A stretch of DNA of 64,000 bases from Gammaproteobacteria bacterium. Lineage in GTDB: Bacteria; Pseudomonadota; Gammaproteobacteria; Steroidobacterales; Rariloculaceae. Location: assembly GCA_050485545.1 (NCBI GenBank), contig JBJHBP010000004.1, positions 256-64,255 of the forward strand, in the 5' to 3' direction. Positions 54,892 through 64,000 of the stretch are shown piece by piece. How positions within the stretch are numbered: the first letter of the stretch is position 1; each line of letters opens with the position of its first letter. Both the position numbers and the translations under genes were made by a program. The notes under the pieces were generated by a model. It searched no databases. It was not told where the DNA came from and saw only the letters and a program-made list of their open reading frames with translations.

Positions 54892-56346
54892 ATGAAGATG
54901 CAAACGAAACTCTCACTGGCCGCGATTGCGGTGGCGCTGTGCGTCGTTGGCGCCGCCCTGGCCCAGGATCTGCGCAGCACACTGTTCGGCGACGCCGATC
55001 GTGCGCGTCAGGCAGCGGAAGCGGCCAACGCCGGGTTGCTGGCGCCGCAGACGTATGCGCGCGGCATGTCCGCCTACGGCTCCGCCGAGAACGATCTGGA
55101 ACGCGGCCGCAACATGGATCGCATTCGCTCACGACTGGGCGAAGCCGTGGACGCCTTCGATGAAGCGGTCCGCAACGCCGGTATCGCCCAGGTCACATTC
55201 GCCGCGCTGCTGGAGACCCGCAATGATGCATTGGCGGCCAGCGCTGATGCGCTCGCCGCCAATCTGTGGACACGGGCCGAGAATGAATTCAACGCAGCCG
55301 CCCAGCGACTGGAGTCCGGAGATCTGCGCGGCGCACAGCGCCGGGCTGAAACCGCCGAATCCGGCTATCGGGATGCGGAACTTGCGGCCATCAAGGCACA
55401 GTATCTGAGTCAGACCCGAGCGCTGCTGGCGCAAGCGCGCGATGCGCGCGTGCAGCGACACGCGCCGCTGACGCTCGAGCGCGCACAGGCACTGCTGGAA
55501 CAGGCCGAGCTCGAACTGGCCGAGAACCGTTACGACACCGACCTGCCCCGCAGCCTCGCCCGCGAGGCCAACCTTCAGGCGCGACATGCGATCGCGCTCG
55601 CCAATCAGATACAGGCCATTCGCGACCGCAGTCTTTCGATGGAGGAGATCATTCTCGGTTTCGAGGAACCGCTGGTGCAGATTGCCGCTGCGGCCGACAG
55701 GGTCGCGCCGCTGGATCAGGGCGTGAACGCAGTGGCCGACGATCTCGTCCGCTACATCGAGGATCTGCGCGATGCCCATCGGCAGGCCGACAACGATCTC
55801 CTGCATTCCCGCACACGGATCATCGAACTGGAAGACGAACTGCGTACGCTGGATGCGCGCCTTGGCGGAATGACACAGGAGCGCGTGGCACTGGTGCAGC
55901 GACTGGAAGCCGATGAACGCGTCCGGCAGCAATTCGCCACGATCGAACAGCTGTTCGATCGTGAAGAGGCCAGGGTCTCGCGCGAGGGCAACACCGTCGT
56001 ACTGCGGCTGGTCGGCCTCACGTTCGCCACCGCAAACGCAAGTGTGGATGCTTCACATCGTTCTTTGCTCGAGAAGGTGCGCAGGGCAGCGGAAGTGTTT
56101 CCGCGATCGCAGATCGTGATCGAGGGACACACCGACTCCCACGGCAGCGATCAGGCCAACATGGCGCTGTCCCAGCGTCGCGCCGAGGCGGTCAGCGCCT
56201 ACCTGTCCGAGCAGCTTGGCCTGCCGACATTCCGTATCAGCGCGATCGGCTACGGTGAAACCCGACCCATAGCGAGCAACGAGACGCCGCAGGGACGCGA
56301 ACGCAACCGACGCATCGACGTACGCATCGAACCGCAGATCGACTGA
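54892..56346 (+). CDS. OmpA-family peptidoglycan-binding protein with a long helical N-terminus
   Basis: Signal peptide, coiled-coil region, IEGHTDSHG, NMALSQRRAEAV, GYGETRPIASN, RNRRID. Confidence 0.92.
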   Translation: MKMQTKLSLAAIAVALCVVGAALAQDLRSTLFGDADRARQAAEAANAGLLAPQTYARGMSAYGSAENDLERGRNMDRIRSRLGEAVDAFDEAVRNAGIAQVTFAALLETRNDALAASADALAANLWTRAENEFNAAAQRLESGDLRGAQRRAETAESGYRDAELAAIKAQYLSQTRALLAQARDARVQRHAPLTLERAQALLEQAELELAENRYDTDLPRSLAREANLQARHAIALANQIQAIRDRSLSMEEIILGFEEPLVQIAAAADRVAPLDQGVNAVADDLVRYIEDLRDAHRQADNDLLHSRTRIIELEDELRTLDARLGGMTQERVALVQRLEADERVRQQFATIEQLFDREEARVSREGNTVVLRLVGLTFATANASVDASHRSLLEKVRRAAEVFPRSQIVIEGHTDSHGSDQANMALSQRRAEAVSAYLSEQLGLPTFRISAIGYGETRPIASNETPQGRERNRRIDVRIEPQID

Positions 56347-56413
56347 CGGCACCGCCCTGACGATGACGCGGCGGCTGGTCACGTCGGGCGCCTCGCCGCA
56401 TGGACGGCGCAGA

Positions 56414-57343
56414 TCAGTCGCCCGGCATCATGGGTTCATCGGCCTGCTGCAGCAGCCATGCGGCAATGCATCGGGCGATACTGCGGTTGATCAGGTAGCC
56501 ATAAGCCTCATGGACGTTCAGCCCGGCTTCGCCGCGGAAGTGGTTGTACAGACCATCATGGTCGTGCAGCGTCTGCAGCAGTTGCAACGTCAGCATCTCG
56601 CCAAAGTAGGGCTTGAGCCGCGGGTGCAGTGCCGTGAGATCGCCGCGCGCGGAAAAGTTTTCCCAGCGAACGATGTTGCGAGGATACCGTGCCCTGCCGG
56701 CTCGATCCGCGCCGCGCAGATTGTGACGTATGAAGCGCGTGGCAAGGGGGCTGCCCATCGTCACGAACATGTCGACGCTGACATCAGGTCCCTCACGCGT
56801 GTGCGTCAGCTCCCAGAGCGTGTCATAGGCAATCACCGACCCCAGACTGTGACCGATCAGCAGTATGGTTTCGCCGGCGTCCGCCGCCTTCACCAGCGTT
56901 TCGGCCAGCGATGCCCGAATCTCTGATGCGATGCCATCCTCGTCACCCAGATAACGGCGTGCTTCGGACATCGTCAGTCGCAATCCGGGTCTTGCGATCA
57001 ATCGACCCAGCCACGGCAGTGTGTCGCCGAGCACATGCCACCAGCGAGCCACCCGCCGGGCGAGAGCGTCGATTTCGCTGATGTCCGCTGCGTCCGGGTC
57101 CGGCTGTTGCAACAGCCGGTCTACGCCGGCGGAATCCAGGGCGAAGTCGCGATGCTTGCCGTAGAAGCGATACGTCCACGGCACCAGCGTCAGCCAGTCC
57201 TCATGCGTGGCCAACAGGCGCGCCGCTTCCGGAAGCTCCCTGTCGAGGCCGGACAGCAGCACCCTGCATACGGCGTCGCGATGCAGCTCGGGTGACGGCT
57301 TTGGCTTGAGTCCCGGCACGAACACGATACGCGGCCTGCTCAT
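56414..57343 (-). CDS. Alpha/beta hydrolase-like protein
   Basis: IVFVPG, GHSLG nucleophile elbow, VTMGSPL, late Asp and His residues. Confidence 0.75.
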   Translation of the reverse strand: MSRPRIVFVPGLKPKPSPELHRDAVCRVLLSGLDRELPEAARLLATHEDWLTLVPWTYRFYGKHRDFALDSAGVDRLLQQPDPDAADISEIDALARRVARWWHVLGDTLPWLGRLIARPGLRLTMSEARRYLGDEDGIASEIRASLAETLVKAADAGETILLIGHSLGSVIAYDTLWELTHTREGPDVSVDMFVTMGSPLATRFIRHNLRGADRAGRARYPRNIVRWENFSARGDLTALHPRLKPYFGEMLTLQLLQTLHDHDGLYNHFRGEAGLNVHEAYGYLINRSIARCIAAWLLQQADEPMMPGD

Positions 57344-57454
57344 GGAACCGGCCTGCTCATTGATCGATCTGAGGAGTGGCGATGTGTGGATGCTGACTCA
57401 TGCCGGGGTATATTTCGTCATGCGATCGTCACGAATGACACAGGAGAATAGACA

Positions 57455-57874
57455 TTGCGTTATCTGCATACCATGGTTCGGGTCAGCGATCTGGATGAAT
57501 CCCTGGATTTTTACTGCCACAAGCTGGGGCTGAAACAGATCCGGCGGTCCGATTACGAGAAGGGCCGCTTCACGCTGGTGTTTCTCGCCGCACCCGGTCA
57601 GGAAGACTGTGCGCTGGAGCTTACGTGGAACTGGGACCCGGAAGAATACAATGGCGGCCGCAATTTCGGCCACATCGCCTATCAGGTCGACGATATCTAC
57701 GCGACCTGCCAGCGGCTGATGGACGCCGGCGTTACCATCAACCGGCCGCCGCGCGACGGCCGCATGGCATTCATTCGCTCGCCCGATCAGATATCCATTG
57801 AACTGCTGCAGAAAGGCGAAGCATTGGCGCCGGCCGAACCCTGGGTATCGATGCCGAACACCGGCAGCTGGTGA
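57455..57874 (+). CDS. gloA: Lactoylglutathione lyase (VOC family)
   Basis: YLHTMVRV, GRFTLVFL, LELTWNWD, FGHIAY, INRPPRDG, IELLQ. Confidence 0.9.
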   Translation: MRYLHTMVRVSDLDESLDFYCHKLGLKQIRRSDYEKGRFTLVFLAAPGQEDCALELTWNWDPEEYNGGRNFGHIAYQVDDIYATCQRLMDAGVTINRPPRDGRMAFIRSPDQISIELLQKGEALAPAEPWVSMPNTGSW

Positions 57875-57881
57875 CCCGCCT

Positions 57882-59138
57882 TCAGGAGATGATCTGACGG
57901 TAGGCGACGCGAAACTTGCCGGTCTCCACCTCGCATTCATCGGTGTTGCGAAATACCACCTGATTGCGCCCGCCCTGTTTGGCTTCGTACAAGGCCTCAT
58001 CAGCGGCCTGGATGGCACCGGCAAGACTGCGGCCCTCTACGGGCCTGGCATGCGACACACCAACGCTCACGGTGACGTAGTTGCCAATCCCCGAGCCTTC
58101 GTGGGGAATCGCCAGATCCGCGACATCCAGACGGATGCGCTCGGGAAGCGTCCTTGCGTAGTCGAAGGGAGGTCCGTAAAGCACCAGCACGAATTCCTCA
58201 CCGCCATAGCGCGCGGCGAAGTCGAATGGTCGCTTGGCGGCTCTGGCAATGGTGCGCGCCACGAGCTTCAGGCAGTCGTCGCCTGCCTGATGACCATACA
58301 GATCGTTGTAGACCTTGAAGTAGTCGATGTCGATGAAGATGATCTCGATCGTTGCATCTTCACGGCGCGCCTGACGCCAGATCCGTCCCATCAGCTCATC
58401 GAAAATGCGCCGGTTGTAGAGGCTGGTGAGGCCGTCCCGTTCAGCCAGCTCGTTGAGCAGACGTGCCTCAACGAAGTTCCTGCGCAGCAGCCTTTCGAAG
58501 CTGAAGGCCGAATAACCCGCAACCAGACCGGCAACCGCCAGCATGGCAGTGGTGTAGAGCAGCTGGTAGCCACCCAGCCCCAGCCACAGGCCAAGGGCGA
58601 AGAACAGGCCGACCAGCAGCACCGACACCAGCACGGCGAGCTGAAACAGCAGCCCCAGAAAAAGGCAGGCGTAGAGGATGACCATCAGTGGCGCCATCAA
58701 CATGTAGGAGTCGCCGGACAAGGCCCCGAACTGACTCATCACGATGACAACGGTGCCGATCACGAAGATGCCTGCGGCCGCAAGTCGCGCATGGTAGCGG
58801 CGGGCTGCCGGCAGATAGGAGGCCAGCACGGCCAGGGCCAGCAGCGGCGTCAGCAGACCCACGCGCAACAGGCCGACACGCGGATCAACATCCACCGGCC
58901 CGAACAGCTGCTCGACCGCGCTGATCAACAGCACCGCAGCCAGCGCGGCCATCAGTGCAAATCGCGCACGCGGCAGATTCTGTGCTTCATAGAACTCGCG
59001 GAACTCGCGCTCCAGTTCCGCGCCAAAGCGCATCTTCGCCAGCCCGTTGCGCAGAGCGTCGGAATACCGGCTCCCGGGGGAGGAGCGGTCACCGGCGGAA
59101 AGTCTTGCGAGTAACTTCATCGACGCCAACGTGGACAT
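57882..59138 (-). CDS. Membrane-bound diguanylate cyclase
   Basis: 5-6 transmembrane segments, DGLTSLYNRR, DIDYFKVYND.YGH..GD, I-site RPFD, RYGGEEF. Confidence 0.95.
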   Translation of the reverse strand: MSTLASMKLLARLSAGDRSSPGSRYSDALRNGLAKMRFGAELEREFREFYEAQNLPRARFALMAALAAVLLISAVEQLFGPVDVDPRVGLLRVGLLTPLLALAVLASYLPAARRYHARLAAAGIFVIGTVVIVMSQFGALSGDSYMLMAPLMVILYACLFLGLLFQLAVLVSVLLVGLFFALGLWLGLGGYQLLYTTAMLAVAGLVAGYSAFSFERLLRRNFVEARLLNELAERDGLTSLYNRRIFDELMGRIWRQARREDATIEIIFIDIDYFKVYNDLYGHQAGDDCLKLVARTIARAAKRPFDFAARYGGEEFVLVLYGPPFDYARTLPERIRLDVADLAIPHEGSGIGNYVTVSVGVSHARPVEGRSLAGAIQAADEALYEAKQGGRNQVVFRNTDECEVETGKFRVAYRQIIS

Positions 59139-59278
59139 CTGTGGATTCGGTCAAGCTTGCGTCCGATCCGGCGGCAAATCCCCGAACCGCATCACACTGC
59201 TTGCACACCGGGCTGTTGATGCGCCTGATGCAAACGATCTTCGGCGCGAAGGTTGCGAGCGCCGTGGCGCCAGCGAAT

Positions 59279-60931
59279 TCAGCGGTACAGGGGCAGCAGC
59301 GGGTCTTTTCGCCCAGGCTTCACGACGTCCGCAGCTGAATCGAACAGTGCCAGTGCACGCCCCAGTCGATCGCCGTTCCATGGCCCGACTGCAGGTCCGT
59401 AGCGATCCGCCTCGAGTTCGGCAATGGCCGCGGCGAGTTCCGCAGGCACCCGCAGCGCGATGTCCGCCAGTGTGCGTGGCGGGTGGTCGTCGAACCGGAG
59501 CTGCGCATAGGCCAGCAAAAGTTCGCGCGCCTGTCCCGCTTCGTGCGCCGCACAGGCGTCACGCAGGCGGCGCAACGCGCGGCGACTGGCCATGCTTCGT
59601 GGCACCAGAATCATGCCGCGCGCACGCTCACCGGCCGCAGAGCGCTGCCAGCGCAGCAGCCACAGCAGTGAGATGACCCAGCCCAGCAACAATGCGCTAC
59701 TGATCCATGGCCAAATCGACACGGACCTGGCGGGCGCCACCGGCTGCGTGATATCCGCGGCGACTTCCGGCGTCTCCGATTCGATGGCCGGCAGCACCCG
59801 CCGTTCGCGAGCCGGCAGTCGCGCCACTTCCCAGCGGTGTTCGCTTGTATTCCACCACGGCAGCTCCACCGCCGGCAGCTGCACCACACCGACCGTCTGC
59901 GCCAATACCGCATACGGCTGGCGGCGACTGGCTCGCAGGCCGGTCTCGACGTAGCTTCGCGCCAGTTCAGGCTGGCCGGGAAAATGGCGCAGACCATCAA
60001 CCGCCGCGACGGCAAGCTCCGGCAGCTGCAGCTCCTCCAAACCATCCGCCTCGATCGTGATGGTGCGCGTAACCGGCGTACCCACTGTGATGTCGGCGGA
60101 AGCATCCGACCAGTGTTCGGTGAGTGTGAGAGCGGATGCCGGCAGCCAGCGTGCGCCCTGCCATTCAGGTGGCGGAGGCACCGGGCCACGCACATGCAGC
60201 TCCACTTCCGGCGACCGCGCCCGCTGTATGCGCGACCTTCCTCCACTGGGCATGGTCAGCGCCTCCAGGGTAACGGGCGCAATCGTGACGATGCCCGGTG
60301 ACTGCGGAAACACGACGTAGCGCCTCTCGCGAACCCAGAAACGACGACGCTCGACAACCGTTTCATACTCGCGGTCATCGGTGATGCGTTCGATGATCGC
60401 ATCGCCCTGGCTGATCTGGGGGATGGTCAGCGTCGTACGACCGGTACCGACCGCCGCATACAGGCGCAGGGTGTAGATGACCTGGCTCTGCACGTAAGGC
60501 GTTTCCGTATCCACCTCGACCTCGACGAACACATCGCCCTGTGCCGGTGAGGCCGGCGCGGACAGCACAGTGATTTCCAGCGGCTGTGTGTGGATGCCCG
60601 ACAGTTCGAGTGCAGGCACGGTCAGCGCACCGGTCCTGCGGGGCATCAGCTGCAGTACCCACTCGCTCAGCCGCGTGGTCCGTCCAGCGACGATGCGGAC
60701 ACTGGTGCTGGTGGCCCGTTGCAGGATGTCGAAATCCTGCGTCAGCGGCCGAAAGTCGGGCTCATCACGCATCGCGCCTTCAACACGCAGCGTGAACGTG
60801 AAGGACTCGTTTTCACGGATCGTGGCGCGATCAACCGTCGCCCGAACATCCGTGGGCTGAGCCACTGACACAGACGGCACCGCCAGCAGGGCGCACAGCA
60901 ACAGCAGGCAAGACGAAATTCTTCCTACCAT
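59279..60931 (-). CDS. BatD-family protein
   Basis: Signal peptide, VRATVDR, PYVQSQVIYT, WLPA..LTLTEHW, LPWWN, C-terminal transmembrane segment and LLPLY. Confidence 0.88.
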   Translation of the reverse strand: MVGRISSCLLLLCALLAVPSVSVAQPTDVRATVDRATIRENESFTFTLRVEGAMRDEPDFRPLTQDFDILQRATSTSVRIVAGRTTRLSEWVLQLMPRRTGALTVPALELSGIHTQPLEITVLSAPASPAQGDVFVEVEVDTETPYVQSQVIYTLRLYAAVGTGRTTLTIPQISQGDAIIERITDDREYETVVERRRFWVRERRYVVFPQSPGIVTIAPVTLEALTMPSGGRSRIQRARSPEVELHVRGPVPPPPEWQGARWLPASALTLTEHWSDASADITVGTPVTRTITIEADGLEELQLPELAVAAVDGLRHFPGQPELARSYVETGLRASRRQPYAVLAQTVGVVQLPAVELPWWNTSEHRWEVARLPARERRVLPAIESETPEVAADITQPVAPARSVSIWPWISSALLLGWVISLLWLLRWQRSAAGERARGMILVPRSMASRRALRRLRDACAAHEAGQARELLLAYAQLRFDDHPPRTLADIALRVPAELAAAIAELEADRYGPAVGPWNGDRLGRALALFDSAADVVKPGRKDPLLPLYR

Positions 60932-62736
60932 GGCTCTCTGACATGCTCCTGCAGAATCGGATTGCCGTCCTGATCGGTGTTCATACGCTGGTACTGCAGC
61001 TCGAACTTGCGACGCAGCAGTCCGCCCGGGTCCTGCGGTACGCGACGCAGCCATTGCTCGGCCACCTGCTCATCACTCCACTCATCTTCCGCCAGCGCGG
61101 CAAGGGATGCGCCGTCATCGGCCTGCTGATCTTCGCCATCGGTGACCAGATCCTGCATGTCTGCCACCTCGCCAGATTCTGATGGACCGGTTTCGTCGCC
61201 CGCCTCTCCCTCATCGGCACCGGCGGAGGCGTCATCCCTGTCATCATCGCCCTGCGTATCGGCGCCCGCCTGCGGGTCACCGACACCCGATGGCTGCCCT
61301 TCGCCCTGTTCCTGTTCATCATCGTCGCCTGGCTGGCCATCATCGTCCTGACCGGCACTGGCCAGCTCCGGATCTTCTTCCAGCAGCTGTTCCAGCAGTT
61401 CGCGGTTGAACAGGGCGTCCTCATGATCGGGTTGCAGTGCCAGCACACGGTCGTACGCGGCTATGGCGTCCAGCAGCCGGCCGCTGCGTGCCAGCGCATT
61501 GCCGCGATTGTAATGCGCCATCGCGGTATCCACCGCCTCCAGTGCGGCCGCGCTCCGCGCATAGTCAGCGGACCGGTACAGCGCCACGCCCTGCCATACA
61601 GGATCCTCGAACAGTTCCGCTGCGCGCACCGGATCATCGGCCTCGAGCGCCGCGGCACCGCGCTGATCCTGACGCTGCCACAGCGATGCCCACTCGAACG
61701 CCTCGGCTCTGGGCATCGGCAGCAACAGGACAAACAGCCACACGGCCACCAAGCCACGACGGAACGCCAGCAGCAGCACCGGCAACAGGGCCACGGCCAG
61801 CCAGGCGCCACGATCCAGCCAGATATCGGCACGCACGTCACCGTCCGACTGATCGGCCAGCACCGACGCGCCGCGTTCGGACGGCAACAGCGCATCCAGA
61901 TCCCTGCCATCAGGGGTGAGCATCGAGAATCGGCCGCCACCGGCCTCGGCCAGTGCCCGCAAGGCAGAAGCATTCAGGCGCGGAATGACCACGGCGCCAC
62001 GCTGGTCGGACAGGAATCCGCCGCCAGGCTGCGCAATCGGCGCACCCTGCGCGGTGCCAACCGCCATGACACTGACGGTACGCCCTTCGCGCTGCAGCGC
62101 CCCAGCCTGCTCCAATGCGTCGGCATCCGGTTCGCTGTCGCTGATGAGCAGCACATGACCGGTTCGCACACCGGCGTTGCGCAACAGCTCACCGCCCTTG
62201 ACCAGCCCCGAAGCAACAACGCTGCCCCTGGTCGGCATCAGGTCCGTTGCCAGCACGTTGACCATCGCCGTGATCGTCCGCCTGTCGGTGGAGAGCGGTG
62301 TGACGGTGTAGGCGTGGGTGGAAAAGACCACCAGCGCCGTCTGTCCCGTGTCGCGCCGCTCCAGCAGCTCTAGCAGCTTCAGTTTCGCCCGCTCCAGGCG
62401 TGTCGGTTCGACATCCGTAGCGTCCATGGTCCGGGACATGTCCAGCACAACGACCAGTGCATCGTCATCCCGGTATGCCGGCGCTGCCACTCTCTCCCAG
62501 GCAGGCCCGGCCAGCGCCACGGTCGCCACGATGAGCGCCATCAGCACTGCACCCGCCTGCCAGCGAAAGCCTCGTCCCGCGGACGGCGCGGCGAGCACAT
62601 ACGGCTGCAACTGCGCATCGACCACATCCCGCCAGGCGCCCCTGCCGGATGCCCTGCGCAGCAGCAGCCAGGCCAGGGCCATGCCCACCGGCAATGCCAG
62701 CAGCCACCATGGCCGGAGTAGATGCAGCTCAGCCAT
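60925..62736 (-). CDS. VWA + TPR protein (BatB/BatC-like)
   Basis: HLLRPWWLL, MIDAS-like DMSRTM, TPR YNRGNALAR, acidic linker, EQWLRRVPQDPGGLLRRKF. Confidence 0.9.
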   Translation of the reverse strand: MAELHLLRPWWLLALPVGMALAWLLLRRASGRGAWRDVVDAQLQPYVLAAPSAGRGFRWQAGAVLMALIVATVALAGPAWERVAAPAYRDDDALVVVLDMSRTMDATDVEPTRLERAKLKLLELLERRDTGQTALVVFSTHAYTVTPLSTDRRTITAMVNVLATDLMPTRGSVVASGLVKGGELLRNAGVRTGHVLLISDSEPDADALEQAGALQREGRTVSVMAVGTAQGAPIAQPGGGFLSDQRGAVVIPRLNASALRALAEAGGGRFSMLTPDGRDLDALLPSERGASVLADQSDGDVRADIWLDRGAWLAVALLPVLLLAFRRGLVAVWLFVLLLPMPRAEAFEWASLWQRQDQRGAAALEADDPVRAAELFEDPVWQGVALYRSADYARSAAALEAVDTAMAHYNRGNALARSGRLLDAIAAYDRVLALQPDHEDALFNRELLEQLLEEDPELASAGQDDDGQPGDDDEQEQGEGQPSGVGDPQAGADTQGDDDRDDASAGADEGEAGDETGPSESGEVADMQDLVTDGEDQQADDGASLAALAEDEWSDEQVAEQWLRRVPQDPGGLLRRKFELQYQRMNTDQDGNPILQEHVREPW

Positions 62737-63763
62737 GCGCGCTCATCCTCCTCCACCAGCCCTCGAATCCGGGCATTGAAGCCGCCAACGTCCACAGTAT
62801 CCAGCCGAACACGATCACGAGGGCCAGCGCCAGCGGCCAGTAAAACAGCTCCACGACCGGACGGAAGCCGCTTTCGTCAAACGCAGAGGGTTCCAGCTCG
62901 TCCAGTACGCCGTAGATGTTCTCGAACTCGTCGGTACTTCGGGCGCGAAAATACTGCCCGCCGGTGAGCTGGGCCATCGTCGTCAGCAGTTCTTCATCCA
63001 GGTCGGTGGAGGGATTGATCTGGCGTACGCCGAACAGCGAGCGCACCGTCATCGCATCGGCACCGATGCCCACCGGATAGATCACCACATTGCGCTGTGC
63101 GGCGATCTGCGTGGCGCGCAGCGGGTCCATCACACCGGCGGTGTTGGCGCCGTCGGTGAGCAGCACGAGGACCCGCCGACCGGCCTCAATGCCGGCGTCG
63201 TCCAGGGTGCGTATCGCCAGGCCGATGGCATCGCCGATGGCCGTCTGGCGACCGGCAAGCCCGATCGCCGATTCATCCAGCAGGGTCTTCACAGTGGCTC
63301 GGTCGAATGTCAGCGGTGCCTGCAGGTAGGCCTCACGACCGAACAGAATCAGGCCGACCCGATCACCAGCGCGGCGCTCGATGAACTGCCCGGCCAGCAG
63401 CTTGAGTGCGGTGAGCCTGTCGACCCACTCGCCGTTGATCCGGAAATCCTGTTCCTCCATGCTGCCGGACAGATCGACCGCCAGCAGCAGGTCACGGCCG
63501 GTAACCTCCACAATCACCGGCTCACCCACCCACTGTGGCCGTGCCGCGGCAGCCACCACCAGCGCCCACACGAGCCACAGCAGAGTCAGCCGCAGGCGCC
63601 GACGTCCGGACACTGCGCCAACGCCTGCCACGCCTTCGAACCCCGCGGTCGACGGCACCCGCAGGGCGGCCGACCGCTCCACCGGCTGCGGCCGCAACCA
63701 GCGTCTTGCCAGCCAGGGTGCCGGCAACAGCAACAGGAACCACCACCAGGCCAGGCTCAACAT
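62729..63763 (-). CDS. VWA domain protein (BatA-like)
   Basis: AARPQWVGEP, DLSGSM, GDRVGLILFG, TAIGDAIG, LLTDGANTAG. Confidence 0.92.
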   Translation of the reverse strand: MLSLAWWWFLLLLPAPWLARRWLRPQPVERSAALRVPSTAGFEGVAGVGAVSGRRRLRLTLLWLVWALVVAAAARPQWVGEPVIVEVTGRDLLLAVDLSGSMEEQDFRINGEWVDRLTALKLLAGQFIERRAGDRVGLILFGREAYLQAPLTFDRATVKTLLDESAIGLAGRQTAIGDAIGLAIRTLDDAGIEAGRRVLVLLTDGANTAGVMDPLRATQIAAQRNVVIYPVGIGADAMTVRSLFGVRQINPSTDLDEELLTTMAQLTGGQYFRARSTDEFENIYGVLDELEPSAFDESGFRPVVELFYWPLALALVIVFGWILWTLAASMPGFEGWWRRMSAHG

Positions 63764-63766
63764 GCC

Positions 63767-64000
63767 TCAGCGCTCCGGCCGGAAAGTGCGGACCCAGTCC
63801 ATGCCCGCCTGTACCAGTGCCCGCGCCTTCCCGGCGTCCACATCCCGGGATGGCATGTAGGGCGCGTTCGCCAACGCATGGCTGTGGTCGTCAGCCAGGC
63901 CCGCGGCATTCCCGTGTGCCTGCAGATACGCCAGCCAGCGTCTGCCAGTCAGTCCGGCCACCGACGAAGGATCGCGCGCCGTGGTCATCGCGAATCGGCG
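63767..64000 (-). CDS. DUF4381-like protein, 3' part (5' end outside the window)
   Basis: VAGLTGRRWLAYL motif and position directly upstream of the BatA-like gene, as in MoxR-DUF58-DUF4381-VWA operons. Confidence 0.75.
   Translation of the reverse strand, partial: RRFAMTTARDPSSVAGLTGRRWLAYLQAHGNAAGLADDHSHALANAPYMPSRDVDAGKARALVQAGMDWVRTFRPER

Noticed and set aside
49756-57343. A cryptic T6SS/eCIS or prophage locus made of sheath + OmpA + lipase-like hydrolase
   Set aside because: The genes are separated by sohB, lipA and greB, lie on different strands, and no tube, baseplate, VgrG or integrase is present.
59279-64000. Bat/VWA operon as the assembly chaperone for the sheath
   Set aside because: A widespread MoxR-associated operon 8 kb away; proximity alone is no evidence.

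Overview
A GC-rich (roughly 64-65% by eye) gammaproteobacterial chromosome segment made up almost entirely of core genes. In order: a tandem pilT-pilU-pilU-like retraction ATPase trio; yggS/yggT; msrB; htpG; a lone ParA; ppnN; an L,D-transpeptidase; htpX; an LPS/surface glycan cluster (lpxL, kdkA, waaF, hldD, two GT4 enzymes, a Wzi-family protein); glnE; groES/groEL with CIRCE and sigma32 signals; cutA-dsbD-tlpA; aroQ-accB-accC-prmA-DUF3426-fis-purH-purD; rho-trxA-rhlB; yrfG; cysQ; glk; an NTT-like MFS transporter; a fused 5-oxoprolinase; sohB; lipA; greB; an OmpA protein; an alpha/beta hydrolase; gloA; a GGDEF protein; and the 3' part of a Bat-type (VWA/TPR/BatD) operon. I saw no tRNA, rRNA, CRISPR array, transposase or integrase. 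Two things stand out. (1) An intact but diverged contractile phage-tail-sheath gene (49756-51309) sits alone among housekeeping genes, with no tube, baseplate or spike gene in the window. (2) Two copies of a 194-bp nested-palindrome element (23694-23887 and 44110-44303) show compensatory base changes in their long stem. All calls come from motif recognition by eye; no database search was run, and several start codons are best guesses.
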